A DNA stretch of 64,000 nt, from NCBI GenBank assembly GCA_002104905.1, contig MCFE01000105.1, forward strand, positions 1 through 64,000, given 5' to 3'. Below the pieces are notes generated by a model that was not told where the DNA came from, ran no database searches, and worked only from the letters and a program-made list of their open reading frames with translations. The position numbers were made by a program, and so were the translations under genes. Of the stretch, positions 47,001 through 58,439 are shown piece by piece. Numbering within the stretch: position 1 is the first letter of the stretch; each line of letters begins with the position of its first letter. The DNA is from Basidiobolus meristosporus CBS 931.73. Its lineage: Eukaryota > Fungi > Basidiobolomycota.

Positions 47001-48625
47001 TGTCCATATCTGGTCCTAAATGCTGTCTTAGGAATATCTTCTGGTTTCACCCTAATTTGGTTGTATCCTGAAATGAGGTCAATCTTGCTGAAAATAGTGG
47101 CTCCATTAAGTTGGTCCAAGAGCTCATCAATCCAAGGTATGGGGTACTTATTCTTGATGGTAACTGAGTTCAGGGTTCTGTAGTCAATGCACATCCTAAG
47201 TGTTCCATCCTTCTTTCTCACAAAAAGCGCTGGTGCTCCCCAGGGTGACTTGCTGGGCCTGATGTATCCTTGCTCCAATAGCTGATCAATTTGTCTCTTC
47301 ATTTCCTCCAATTCCAATGGACTCATTCTGTAAGGTGTCTTGCTCACTGGAGGGCTATCTTCTGTGTCAATGCCATGACCCATGTCTCTGACTGGTGGTA
47401 GGCTTACAAGCTCATCTGGGAACACGTCTGAATATTTCTTCAAGAGAGTCTGGACCTGCTGGGGTGCTGGGGTAGAGGAATCCTCCTGTAATACCGCCAT
47501 GAGGAACATCTCGGTATCTTTTCTAAGTGCTCTACAGAACTGGGTCTTGCTAAGTTCACTTGTCTCACACACACTGGAGTTGACCAAGTTGAAATCCAGT
47601 CTGGCAGGTAATAGCTCATAGGTCTTGTTGTCTTTTTGGAACGGAGTAGCATGGGTTCTCCAGTTGATTGACGGATTACAACAAAATAGCCAGGTTTTTC
47701 CAAGTACAAGGTCAAGCTTGCAGTTCCCAAATATATAGGCCTGCAGATCTTCATCATAGTCATTGATCTTCATCCTTACTGGCTGGGTAATAAGTGTCTG
47801 CTTGTGTGGAGGTTCAAAAGCATCCTGAATTTCCAACACAAGCTCATCCCAGGTAGAGATTGTAGAGCATCCCATCAGATTGGCTAACCTGATCTTGTTG
47901 TGGTACCACTGTAAGGCTGCATCTGCCAGGTAAGAAGCTGCATAATGCAACTTGCTTTCAGGAGCAATTCCTTTAGCTTTAAAAGCTTCTTCAATCTGAA
48001 AGAGCCAAGTTCCCAGGTTTTCATTGACTCTACCATGGTACCGGTTGACCCTCACACTAAAGTTGCTCTTGACAGGGCTTTGCTGGCTCTGTGCCATGGT
48101 AGTCATTCCTTGTTGCTGTTGGCTAAGGATCTGGAGTGACTGTTGCTGTTAGGCCAGGATTTGATGCATGGCATTCTTCCATTCTTGATTGTCTGACATC
48201 TTGAAGGAGGTTTCTTCTTTCTTCAAGAGGGAGGTTTCTGGTTATTGCTGATACTGATGTTACAAGTCTTGGCATAAGAGTTGTAGAGGAATAGGTAGTT
48301 TAGCTAGTATTGTTTTCACTAAAACTTGAACTGATCTTTATTGAGGTTCCAGCAGCTCCTTATATACATTTTACCAGATAAATTGCTGAATAATTGTATT
48401 TCCAATTGTAGGTTGTGGCTGATGACTCATTTGATTGCATCATCATCAACCAATAAGATCTTACTTAATATATATATTTCTGTCTGATATGGATCTGCTG
48501 ATTCATTTGCTGACTAATTCAACTGATTTCATAGATAATACTGATATACTGATAACCTAAACATATACTAATTGATTTAACTAAAAACTGATCTAACTTA
48601 AACATTCAAGCAGCAGATCATAACA
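44066..48625 (-). mobile_element. Ty3/gypsy copy B with both LTRs (48258-48625, 44066-44433), 4-bp TSD TTAT and an internal in-frame gag-pro deletion
   Basis: 368-bp LTRs with ~25 differences (~93%). ORF 46187-48106 (639 aa) fuses the gag N-terminus to the protease C-terminal half, RT (YLDD) and RNase H. The integrase is split by a copia solo LTR. Confidence 0.95.
45288..45636 (+). mobile_element. Copia solo LTR inserted in the gypsy B integrase; 5-bp TSD TGCAT
   Basis: TGCAT|TGTTGTAAAA...CTCTTACAACA|TGCAT. The empty site matches copy A (ccaggaaatgcaacc). Confidence 0.94.
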
Positions 48626-49004
48626 TTATTCACATTCACAGTAAAGAAGCATATCTAAATACCAGATTTTACCTACCATAATAGTGGTATCCAATTGTGC
48701 ATATGATGCAAACATTACAAGTTGGCACAATCATCCAAGCAAACCTTATTGTGTCAGATTGTGCCAGAGTGTGCAAGAATGTCCCGTATGGTGCAAAATT
48801 GTCCAAGAGCAATCCTGCCTAATGATAGCTATAATCATACAGTCAAGAGCACTAAACAAGTGGCAAAAAAAACACCAGGTAGCTGGAAGAATACTAGTAA
48901 GGGACAAGCAGGCAGAAATGGATTTCCTATGAAAATAAATTGATGCTGCAGGTAAATCTGATCCAAATCAGCTATCATGATCCCACAATGAGGCCATCAT
49001 AATG

Positions 49005-50531
49005 CTGGTGTGGTAGGGTAAATAGTCCTCCCACAGAGAAGTTATTCTTATAGCTATTATGGTCAACATGTCCATATTTTATCTTAGCAATATTATCCCA
49101 TTCTTCTTTGCCCATATTATTAGTTTTATCTGCATGTGATGTTTATGCTGATTAGTTATTAGCATTGTTATCCCAGATGTTATTCACATTTGTGATTGGT
49201 ATGTGTATCTAAATTAGGCATTTATTTGTGTTAGTACCTGTGACACACAACTTAAGTCTGTGCTACCATTCCTACCATTTCAATACCATATGAGGAATCT
49301 CTATCTTACACAGGTTTTAGACTACTGATCCCTCATCGGTAGGATGTGCAACACCTTTCATAAACTTCCAGGACCAATTTGGAATATTCTTAGCTCATAG
49401 TGATGTAATCAGGAATTCCACTGATGCCTTAATTTTCTAGAACCTTGTCATTAGTAACATTTGGCAATCAGGAAAAGTATTTTAGGGAAATCAATCCATC
49501 AGTAATAAACCATCACTTCTATCAGTAGTACTTCTCCCTTATTGATTAGCAGTTGATCACTGCATCTATCTTCTACAGTTACTCCTCAGACCTGCCATCA
49601 GGGAGCTTCTCTGGGCAGTGCACAAGACACAGATATGCCTTTAGAGACACTTGGAGCACCTAGGAAGCTAGAGAAGCAGGAGCTTTTACCAGATTGTCAT
49701 ATTGACATAGACACTAGCAGTTTAGACCCAGAGGTTATTGCACCCATCAGACACCCCACACACCTTGGTTTATTTGTTTCTCTGTGGGGTGGTTGGGTAA
49801 ACATACCCCCACAGACAAGCTCATACATAGAGCTGTTATGATACACTTATCCACACTTTATCTTATCAGTACTATCCCATTCTTCTTTGCCCATACTATT
49901 TGTAGTATCCCCATATGATGCTGACCTTGGTTGGTTATGAGCTTTAGTTATCATAGATGCTATTCAGCTTTGTGATCAGTATATGTATCTGCATTAGGCA
50001 AGTACCCATGGCAAACCTGTCACACATGACATTGCACTATGTTACCATTCCTACCATTTCAATACCATATATGGTATCTCGATGTTACCCAGGCTTCAGA
50101 CTACTATTCCCTGATTGGTTGAATGTGCTGCACCTGTTATACCCTTGCAGTACCTCCTTGGAGTATTTTTAGCTCATAGTGATGTCATCAAGACTTCCAC
50201 TGATGCCTGGAATCTTCTAAAACCTTGTCATTAGTAATTACTTTGCAATCTGGAAAACTGTTAAAAGTCAGTTCCTTACCAATAAATCATCCCTTATATT
50301 AGTAACACCTTTCCCTTATTGAATAGCAGTTAATAATTGCACCTACATTCAGCAGTTACACCTCAGACCTGCCATCAAGGAGCTTTTTGGGGTAGTACAC
50401 AAGGCACACAGAGGCCTTTGGAGACACTTGAAGCCCCTAGGAGGTTAGAGAAGCAGGAGCTTTTACCAAAGTGACATATTGACAAAGATACTAGTGTTTA
50501 GACCCAGAGGTTGTTGCACCCTTTAGACACC
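49005..50531. repeat. Diverged tandem duplication, period ~780 bp, unknown origin
   Basis: ~49005-49755 aligns along its length with ~49782-50531; shared blocks include tatcccattcttctttgcccata, ccattcctaccatttcaataccatat, tagctcatagtgatgt and gagaagcaggagcttttacca. Confidence 0.85.
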
Positions 50532-50999
50532 TTGGTCTTGCAATTATGAAGTGATTTGGATATAAGGAACTTATCAAGATAGAGTGATAATAGTTGAACT
50601 GTTGTTTATTTAGAAAGAGGATAAGTATTTATACCCCTGTAGAAGTAATACAGCTGTAACACTAAGTTAGAAGGGTTTCTTAACATTCAGGAGCATTCTT
50701 TAACAGTGTCATAGTTGGGGTATAATGTTTGGTGAAAAGTATTAATTAATCTTCATTATGGGGGAATGGTCATAGCATTATAGATGTAAGAAACTAGTAA
50801 AGCTGGGGCTGCAAATAAGTTCTACAGTGACCAAGAGTAGTGTAGTATTGCTAAGTAAAAATTTAGCTGCTGAATAATAGCAAATAGCCCAATATTTCAA
50901 CACTCACACATGTTGAGTTGTGTAGCTTCTCCCAGGAGTATCTCTACACTACCCTATTGGCAGCCTAAAATTATTGACCCTGTTCACAAAGTTATGACT

Positions 51000-52947
51000 G
51001 GATTGTGATGGTATTTTGCAAATTCTACTGCTATATACATAAGTAAGCCATAAAGTGTTTGAGCCATTCTTTGACACAACTTGAAGGCATTTGGATAGTC
51101 TTATTGTGGCCCACACTTACTTGAATAGACCCAACTGGTTAGCACATGTAAATGTCATAGATGCAAGAAGACTTGACAGTATCTTGACAGCCTTTATGTG
51201 GACAACTGTTGGCAACATGGTGGCAGTACTGCCACCTGCAGCTAGTACTGTACAAGATAACTGTTCCAATTTACCAAATGGTATTTCCTATTGCTACCTC
51301 CCCTTGCACTATTCATATATTCCATTGAAGAAGCACTCCCCCCCAATTTATTTGCTTACCAACTATTAGTGTGGATACTCCACATATTGTTCAGATCAGA
51401 AAAAAACTATTGGCCTCCTGCTTGCTAACCTCTACAAATATGCACACCTGCTGAAATTGACACACTTCTATCACCTCAGCTTTACAGCTGTACTGTGTGA
51501 TACTTGCAAAGTTGCCATATACCTTGTATTGCTGTTAACATCTATATCTTGCAAGCAAATGCTTAGTTGAGTCACTTTTGATGAGAATACCTTTTGAATA
51601 TCCATAATTACATCTTGGTATACAGCCAGAATATTCCTTCTCCCTGCTGGATTCAGGGCACTTTTAAAGGTAGGCTTAGGTTCTTGTTTGTATGAATTCC
51701 CTACTGAATGGTGTAGAGATCAGCTTGTACCCAGCAGAAATCTGATATACCTTTTTAAAGTTGTCCTGACAGAATTAGTTGCTTGTTGTGCTCAATCCAA
51801 CCATGCATTACTTGCCTAAGTACCCACACACTAGGGCTATGTAGCATCTTAATACCAAAGGCATAGGTGTCTCCATGTGCACATCTGTCCTTAATATTCT
51901 CCATCACTTCCTGGATGTCCTCAATGTGCCAACTCATCACATCCATGAAACATATGCAGGTAGTATTGTTAATAAGATTTGGATATGTACTACCTGCAAC
52001 TTGACTTTTCACCCTGTTTCCTCACACATCCACTCCATAGGAAACTACCAAAAGGTGAAACATGGTTCAATATTCTCCACATACCAAGCAAGATGGAGTA
52101 GATAATGGATACAGTATCAGCAGTGATTTATACATTCAGCTTTATACTTGTAGTTTAGCTGCTCAAATCCTAACACCAGCTCCACATATAAAAGCAACAG
52201 ATACACCAAGTGTGCACCGGTGATCCACTCCTGGATAGATATTCCTACAATGTCAACATATGACTGCCAATAGTTTCTGTATACTCTGTGCAGAAATTGC
52301 TCCAGGAGGCCACTTGATAAACATAGTTTCAGCTCATCCAGTCCCCGCATTTTTATTATTGCATATACAAATTAATATTGACTAGGGCTTGCAAGAAATA
52401 ATTTGGGTATTGAAATTCTGTAATATCCTGCTAATGCTTTCAAGTTTTTCTGGTCTCTCAATAGGTTCACATAGCTTTAAATGCCTCATTTACAAGTTGG
52501 TCAGTATTATAAGGATATTATTGCAGAGCAAATGCATTACCCCCAGTGGAAAGCTTTTGCACCAGCAGATTCCTTCTTTCTTTAGTGTCTCTGTTTTGTG
52601 ATTTACTCCATATTCTGGCCAATGACTGATAGCTTGCCAGCATTGCTGCTATTACACGCTGACTTCTATATGAACTCTCTGTGGGAAGAAGATGCTCTTA
52701 ATACTGATGAATGGATAATATTAATGTGTGTAAGCTATTGAGTAAATCTGCTGGATCTCATATGTTTGACAGCAACACCATTGATTTTGACCAGAAAAGC
52801 TGGCTATCTTGCTGATGACTGGGGTATCTTGACTGCAGATAATAATATGTGCTTTGCATGATAGTTGTTTACTAGCATCCTGCTGGAAAGCATACAAGAT
52901 TAACACAGTAATGGATTGAGATGGCTATCCAGGTTGGATGGTGACTT
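51000..52947 (-). mobile_element. Decayed CACTA/Tnp2 transposase, central and C-terminal part (DUF4218-like)
   Basis: QDTPVISKIASFSGQN, SIHYLL.LA..VENIEPCFTFW*FPME and KSQVAGSTYPNL; homologous to 55000-56700. Confidence 0.72.
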
Positions 52948-52963
52948 AAGCGCAGACAAAAGT

Positions 52964-53779
52964 ACCCATTGTACTGGAGAAAATCCACTTTTTGACCTTT
53001 TTTTTTGGACCAATATTGTGCTGGATGTTCAAGTGCAAAGAAGATTTGAGGACATGCACCTGGTACTTAATACCCATGGTACACTAAATCTAGCTTCTGT
53101 AGCTTGTATTATGATCTGCTGCTTGAATGTTTAAGTTAGATAAGTTTTTAGTCAATCAATTAGTTATTTGCCTAGGTTATCAGTATATCAGTATTATCTA
53201 TCATATCAGTAACATTAGTCAACAAATGAATCAGCAGATCCTTATCAGACAGGAATAGATATATTAAGAAGGATCTTATTGGGTGATGATGATGCAATTT
53301 AACAAGTCATCAGCCAAAGCCTACATTAGGAAATACAATTAGTCAGCAATTTATCTGGCAAAATGTATATAAGGAGGTGCTGGAACCACAATAAAGATCA
53401 GTTCAAGTTTTAGTGAATACAATACTAGCTAAACTCCCTATTCTTCTACAACTCTTATACCAAGACTTGTAACACTTGTATCATGTAGCAAAAATGAATG
53501 GCACTATCATTGTCCACTGGTACTATCAGGCACTATATTTAAATATCAGCCCTAAAGTAAGATCAACACAAAGCACTTTTAGTGCCAGATAGTATTGGTG
53601 GACCAAGATAGTGCCATTCATTTTTGTGACATGATACAAGCTACAAGAGCTAGATTTGAAGTGCCTTGGGTATTGTGTACTAGATGCATGTCTTCAGTCC
53701 TTCAATGCTCTTGCACATCCTGCACAACATTGATCCAAAAAAAAAGGTCAAGAAATGATTTTTCTCCAGCACAAAGGGT
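52964..53779. mobile_element. Foldback (long-TIR) element, ~440 bp native length, ~200-bp arms, left arm split by a gypsy solo LTR
   Basis: 52964-53106 plus 53479-53535 is the reverse complement of 53580-53779 (~82% by eye), with a 44-bp loop. Confidence 0.82.
53107..53474 (+). mobile_element. Gypsy solo LTR (same family as copies A and B); 4-bp TSD CTTG
   Basis: CTTG|TATTATGATCTGC...CAAGACTTGTAACA|CTTG; 368 bp. Confidence 0.92.
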
Positions 53780-53860
53780 GAGATATGTGGGCTGCATTGC
53801 ATGAAGATGCAGAGCTGTGTTTCACTCTCTGTGGCCAAGTTTAGGTCTGCTATATTTCTC

Positions 53861-53924
53861 TGGCACTAAATGGCACTATTTGGCACTTCTGGCTCAATGT
53901 GGCACTATTCATTGGAACAAGTTT
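53861..53924 (+). mobile_element. Right end of a relative of the 30218 MITE
   Basis: TGGCAC words at ~10-bp spacing, then TTGGAACAAGTTT followed by AAT, where the Tnp2 relic resumes. Confidence 0.6.
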
Positions 53925-54830
53925 AATGTTTATCATCAAATATATCAGAAATGCTTGCACTTGATTGACACTGAGAGTGGTATACTATGTTATAAGAGTC
54001 TTCAAGATAATGGAATAATCAGGAAAACAAGTGGCTTATGTGATTTGCACTTGTTGATTTATTGAATGCAAAGCTAGTAATTATACTTTCTCATGGTCTA
54101 GGCATTACAAGCCCATAGAGTAGGTTAAAAAGGTCCCAAGAACATGTGTGCAAAGTTTGGGGCACTTGGACAACTTTGAGAATATTCAAGTTCTGCATAT
54201 CTAGTATTGTGGTCAAAATATTCTGAGTAAACTCCAACAAGGAATTTGGTCAGTATTCCCTAGGATTGGAAGGTAATAGTCTAAGTGACCAAGTTGGGTG
54301 GATAATTAAGTGGAACTTTAAGCTTTTACCACACATTATAGCCTCACAATACTTGTTTGACTGCATGAGCTTTTTTAGATAAGGTATTACTGCAATATAG
54401 GCCAAGTGTGAACAATAATTTCCTCTTATGGTAGTGGATTCTTGCCAAGCTGGACATATTGGAATGGGGGCATTTTCTGATGTGAATGGCATGAAACTGT
54501 TGGCACATGCTGGTTTTAGAATGACCTCTGGGTCATATATTGCCAGCTGTTTGACAGTTTCCATATGTAACAAGTACATGGCAAGTTGCATACCAGAATG
54601 ATTTTGGCAAGAGGTAGCAATAAATCCTCAGGGCTCCCTTACCAGTACAGGTGGAAGTATGCTACTTCTCTAGCCACAACTTCACATCATTCACCAGTAA
54701 ATGACTTACTGGGCTCACTTGGCTCCACAAAGTAGCCTTTGTGCTCTTTTCTGTTGGTGTTGTCTCATTGAAGGCTGAGATATGCCAAGAGGTATCACAA
54801 ACTCACCCATGCTGGTTAGTACAAGGTGAA
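53925..54830 (-). mobile_element. CACTA/Tnp2 transposase N-terminal relic, interrupted by a copia solo LTR
   Basis: YDPEVILKPACANSFMPFT..CPAW; homologous to 35850-36500. Confidence 0.7.
53988..54333 (-). mobile_element. Decayed copia solo LTR
   Basis: Reverse-strand match to the copia LTR family. Flanks TACTA/CATTA differ by two C/T transitions, which could be a decayed 5-bp TSD. Confidence 0.8.
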
Positions 54831-54999
54831 AAGTATTGCTGGGTATTATTATAGAAGTATACCAGCAGCTTTGAGTCAATCACCATCTACATGATCTTAT
54901 GACAGGATCACAAAGGTGTTTGGCTAATGTTGCAGCTAAATAAAGAAAAAAAATAATGGGGTTTGCACAGTGTTTTGTCAAGGGTGGTATGATATTGTC

Positions 55000-57650
55000 G
55001 AGGTCTCTACTATAATCTACAACTATTTGAATGGATCTAGCCAGCCAGTACATCCAACAGGGTGGCCTACAGCTGGTTCTATATAATGCTACTCACTACT
55101 ACCTTGAGTATTCCACATATAGTTTGAGCAATTGATAATATGGCCTCTTGCTTACCAACCTCTACAAACACACAGACCTGCCACAATTGACATACTTCTA
55201 CCACCTCAACTTACAGCTTTATAGTGTGATACTTGCAAAGTTGCTATATACCTTGTATTGCTGGTAGCATACACATCCTGCAAACATATGCTTGGTAGCC
55301 ACTACTTCTGCTACAAATACCTCTTGGATATCTGCAAAGTACTTTTTGGTATTTATCCAATATATTCCTTCTCCCTGCTGGATTCTAGTCCCCCTTGTAG
55401 GTATGCCCTGGCTCTTGTTTATGTGAATATTCTATTTAATGGTGTAGAAATTGGCATGTGGCTAAGAGAAATCTGGCATACCTTGGTAGAGTTTTCCTAA
55501 CAAAAACTAGTTGCTTGTTGCACTTAACCCAACTTTGTATTAATTAACTGGTTAACCATGCATTGGGACTGCTTAGCTTCTCAATGCTATAGACATAGGA
55601 ATCTCCATGCGCACATCTGTCCTCAGTATTTTCCAACTCACTCTGACTGTCCTCCTTGTGCTAACTTATCACATCCATAATGGACTTGAAGGTACTAATC
55701 TTGATGAGACTGGGATATGTCAGTACCTCCTACTTGACTTAACTTCCTATCTCACCACACATCTACTCCATAGGAAACTTGCAAAAGGTGAAGCATGGTC
55801 TAATATTCTCAGCACACCAAGCAAGATGGGGTGGCAAATGGATATAGTAGCAGCAGAGATCAATGTATTCATGTTTATATTTATGGTATAACTGTTCAAA
55901 TCCCATCACAAAGTCTTTGCACAGTAGCCATAGATGTACCTAGTTGGCATTGGTGATCCACTTTTGGATCAATACTCCCATAACATCCACATATGACTCC
56001 CAATGAATTCTATGTACTCTTGGTAGAGATGGCTTCAGAAGGCCACCTGATTAATTACATATCCAGTTCATACAGTTATTGCACTTGTATTGTCACATTT
56101 GCATAGGAATATTGATTGGAGCCCATGAGAAGTTTTAGGGTAGAAGATACTCTTTATAATATTGCCAATTCTTTCAAATTATTCTGGTGTCTCAAAGGCC
56201 TCATTTAGCTTGAGATGCCCTATGTACAACTTGGTAATCAGTGTAGATATATTTGTGAAAAGTGAATGCATTGATCCCAGTGGATAGCTTTTGCTCCAAC
56301 TAATACCCTCTTTCTTAAGTATCTCAGGCTTCCAGCAAGTTTCATATTCCAGCCAATAGCTTATAGCTTGCCTACTTTGCTGCAATTGCATGCTGACTTA
56401 TCTACATTCTTTCACTGGAATGATAATGTTCTTGTTGTTAGTATTTGGGTAATAATAATATGTGTGACTTATGGAATAAGTGCCCTGAATCTCTCACATT
56501 TGAGAGCAATAACATCCATTGTCCCAACAAGAGCCAGTAATCTTGCTGATGGCAGGGGTGTATCCAATGCAAAAAAAAGTAGGTGCTTTGATATTACAGC
56601 CACAAGCTGTTGTCCTGCTGCAAAGCTTACAGAATTTATCCAACAATGGATTCAGGCAGCCATTGATGTTGGAGAGTGACTTGCGCTCCAATACCAGTGG
56701 GATAACCATCAGATTTCTGCTCTGATACCACAAGATAGGTGACAGATTCAGGTTGATAAGAATCAGTGGCCAGCCAAATTTGCTAGTAGAATACTTGCTG
56801 AGTGCAAATCCATTAGGGGCCTAGGCAACAGCATTGTCATATGTACCTTCAAAGTAGCCCTTGCTTCTTAGCTGTTTGCAATGTTTGCTATCAGATATAT
56901 AAGATAGGTATGCACTAGATTAATACTGAGTATGGTACTTTACAGCTTCACAATATTGGTTAGACTGCATGAGCTTCATTGGACAGGGTATTACTGGAAT
57001 ATATCCAGAGTGTGAATAATGCCTTCCCCCAATGGTGGTGGATTCCTGACAAGTTGGACACCTTGCAATGGTGGCATTTCTGATGTGAGCGCCATTCAAC
57101 TGTTAACAAATGCTGTTATCAGGGCAGTCTCTGGGACATATGTTGCTAGCCACATAACAGTTTTCTGTTTATACCATGTGCATGGTAAGTTGCATTTTGG
57201 GATGACTTTGGCAAGAAGTGGTAGTAAGTCCCCACAGTCCCTGTTACTGATATTGGTGCAAATGTGTCACTTCTCTACGGTCAACATCACATTGTTCACC
57301 AGTAGATGGATTAATGGTCTCACTTGGCTCCATAAAGTATTCTTGGCATTGTTTTCCACAGGTGTTGTCTGATTGCATAATGAAAATTTGCAAGGCTCAT
57401 GCATGGTACTATTGTTAGGGAAGATGGACTTAAATCCTTCAGTGCACCTGCAGCTTCAGAGCTATCACCCTGCATGCCATATTCAGAAGGCTGGGGTGAG
57501 CCCAAAGGCATCTCAAGCTCCCCTTACTCAGTTTGCACAAGGTGACAAGTTCTGCCAGGTGCCATCATAGTGGTATCCAGTGGCCAGCAAGATATTGTTG
57601 GTATGGTAGTGACTGATAAATGTTCAAATTTGACTTTTGGGCCAAAAGCT
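55000..57650 (-). mobile_element. Decayed CACTA/Tnp2 transposase, longest copy
   Basis: Cys cluster (57020-57150), IGYTPAISKITGSCWDN..CSQ, MHSLFTNI..LYIGHLK and a DUF4218-like C-terminus; collinear with copies at 34906-36620 and 51000-52947. Confidence 0.78.
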
Positions 57651-58109
57651 TGCCATGTTCCTTGAAATACTTCCTATGCTGTGCGCTTCATGGCTGAGAG
57701 GCTTGCCACAATAGCCACATGGTCTTTTTTCTCTTCTCTTAGGGCATTGAATCAAGGTAGTCTTGTTTACAGGGCAAACAGCTTAATACTCAGCAACATA
57801 ATGCTATTATGTCAATTTTTTGTCAACACTAATGTGAGTTTAAGACAGTTTTGTATTTGAGATATTGGAACTACATGAATGTACAATTCAATGATGACCG
57901 GTCATAGTAAGCTTTAGAAATAAAGCTGTGGCACCACATACACACATACATGTAAAGCCATTTCCCCATTGGTTTGACTCACTTCCATATATATGCTGCC
58001 AGAAATTAAAGCAAAGTCATTGGCTCTCTGGACAACAGCTTAGTTTGATATTAAGTGCAACAAGCAGCCCTGTGAAGAATCTAAAACGTGGAATTCATCT
58101 GATTTTGAG

Positions 58110-58152
58110 CTGGTATTTGACTGGTATTTGACTGGTATTTGACTGGTATTTA
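58110..58152. repeat. 11-bp tandem CTGGTATTTGA x ~4, between the transposase and ORF2
   Basis: Three perfect units plus one near-perfect unit, followed by degenerate CTGGTGTT units. Confidence 0.9.
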
Positions 58153-58439
58153 CTGAAATTTTGCTGGTGTTCAGCTGGTGTTTTGGGTCAAAAACTTCAA
58201 ATGCAATTTCTGATGGAAGTAATGGCCATCTAAATACCAAATCTGATATGAACAATAGTTTGCCTAGTCTCCTGCTGTATAACTGGTTTGCTTTCCTGCC
58301 CATCTGCTAGGAACAGAGATAATGAAAGTTGTTGCTTTGAAAAACCTGGAAATCAGCTGATACTGTGATAGTATTTTGCCAGCCTTTTCTCAGTTTTTTT
58401 TCTTAGGGGCAGGGCAACAACAAAATATGGCCATGTGGA

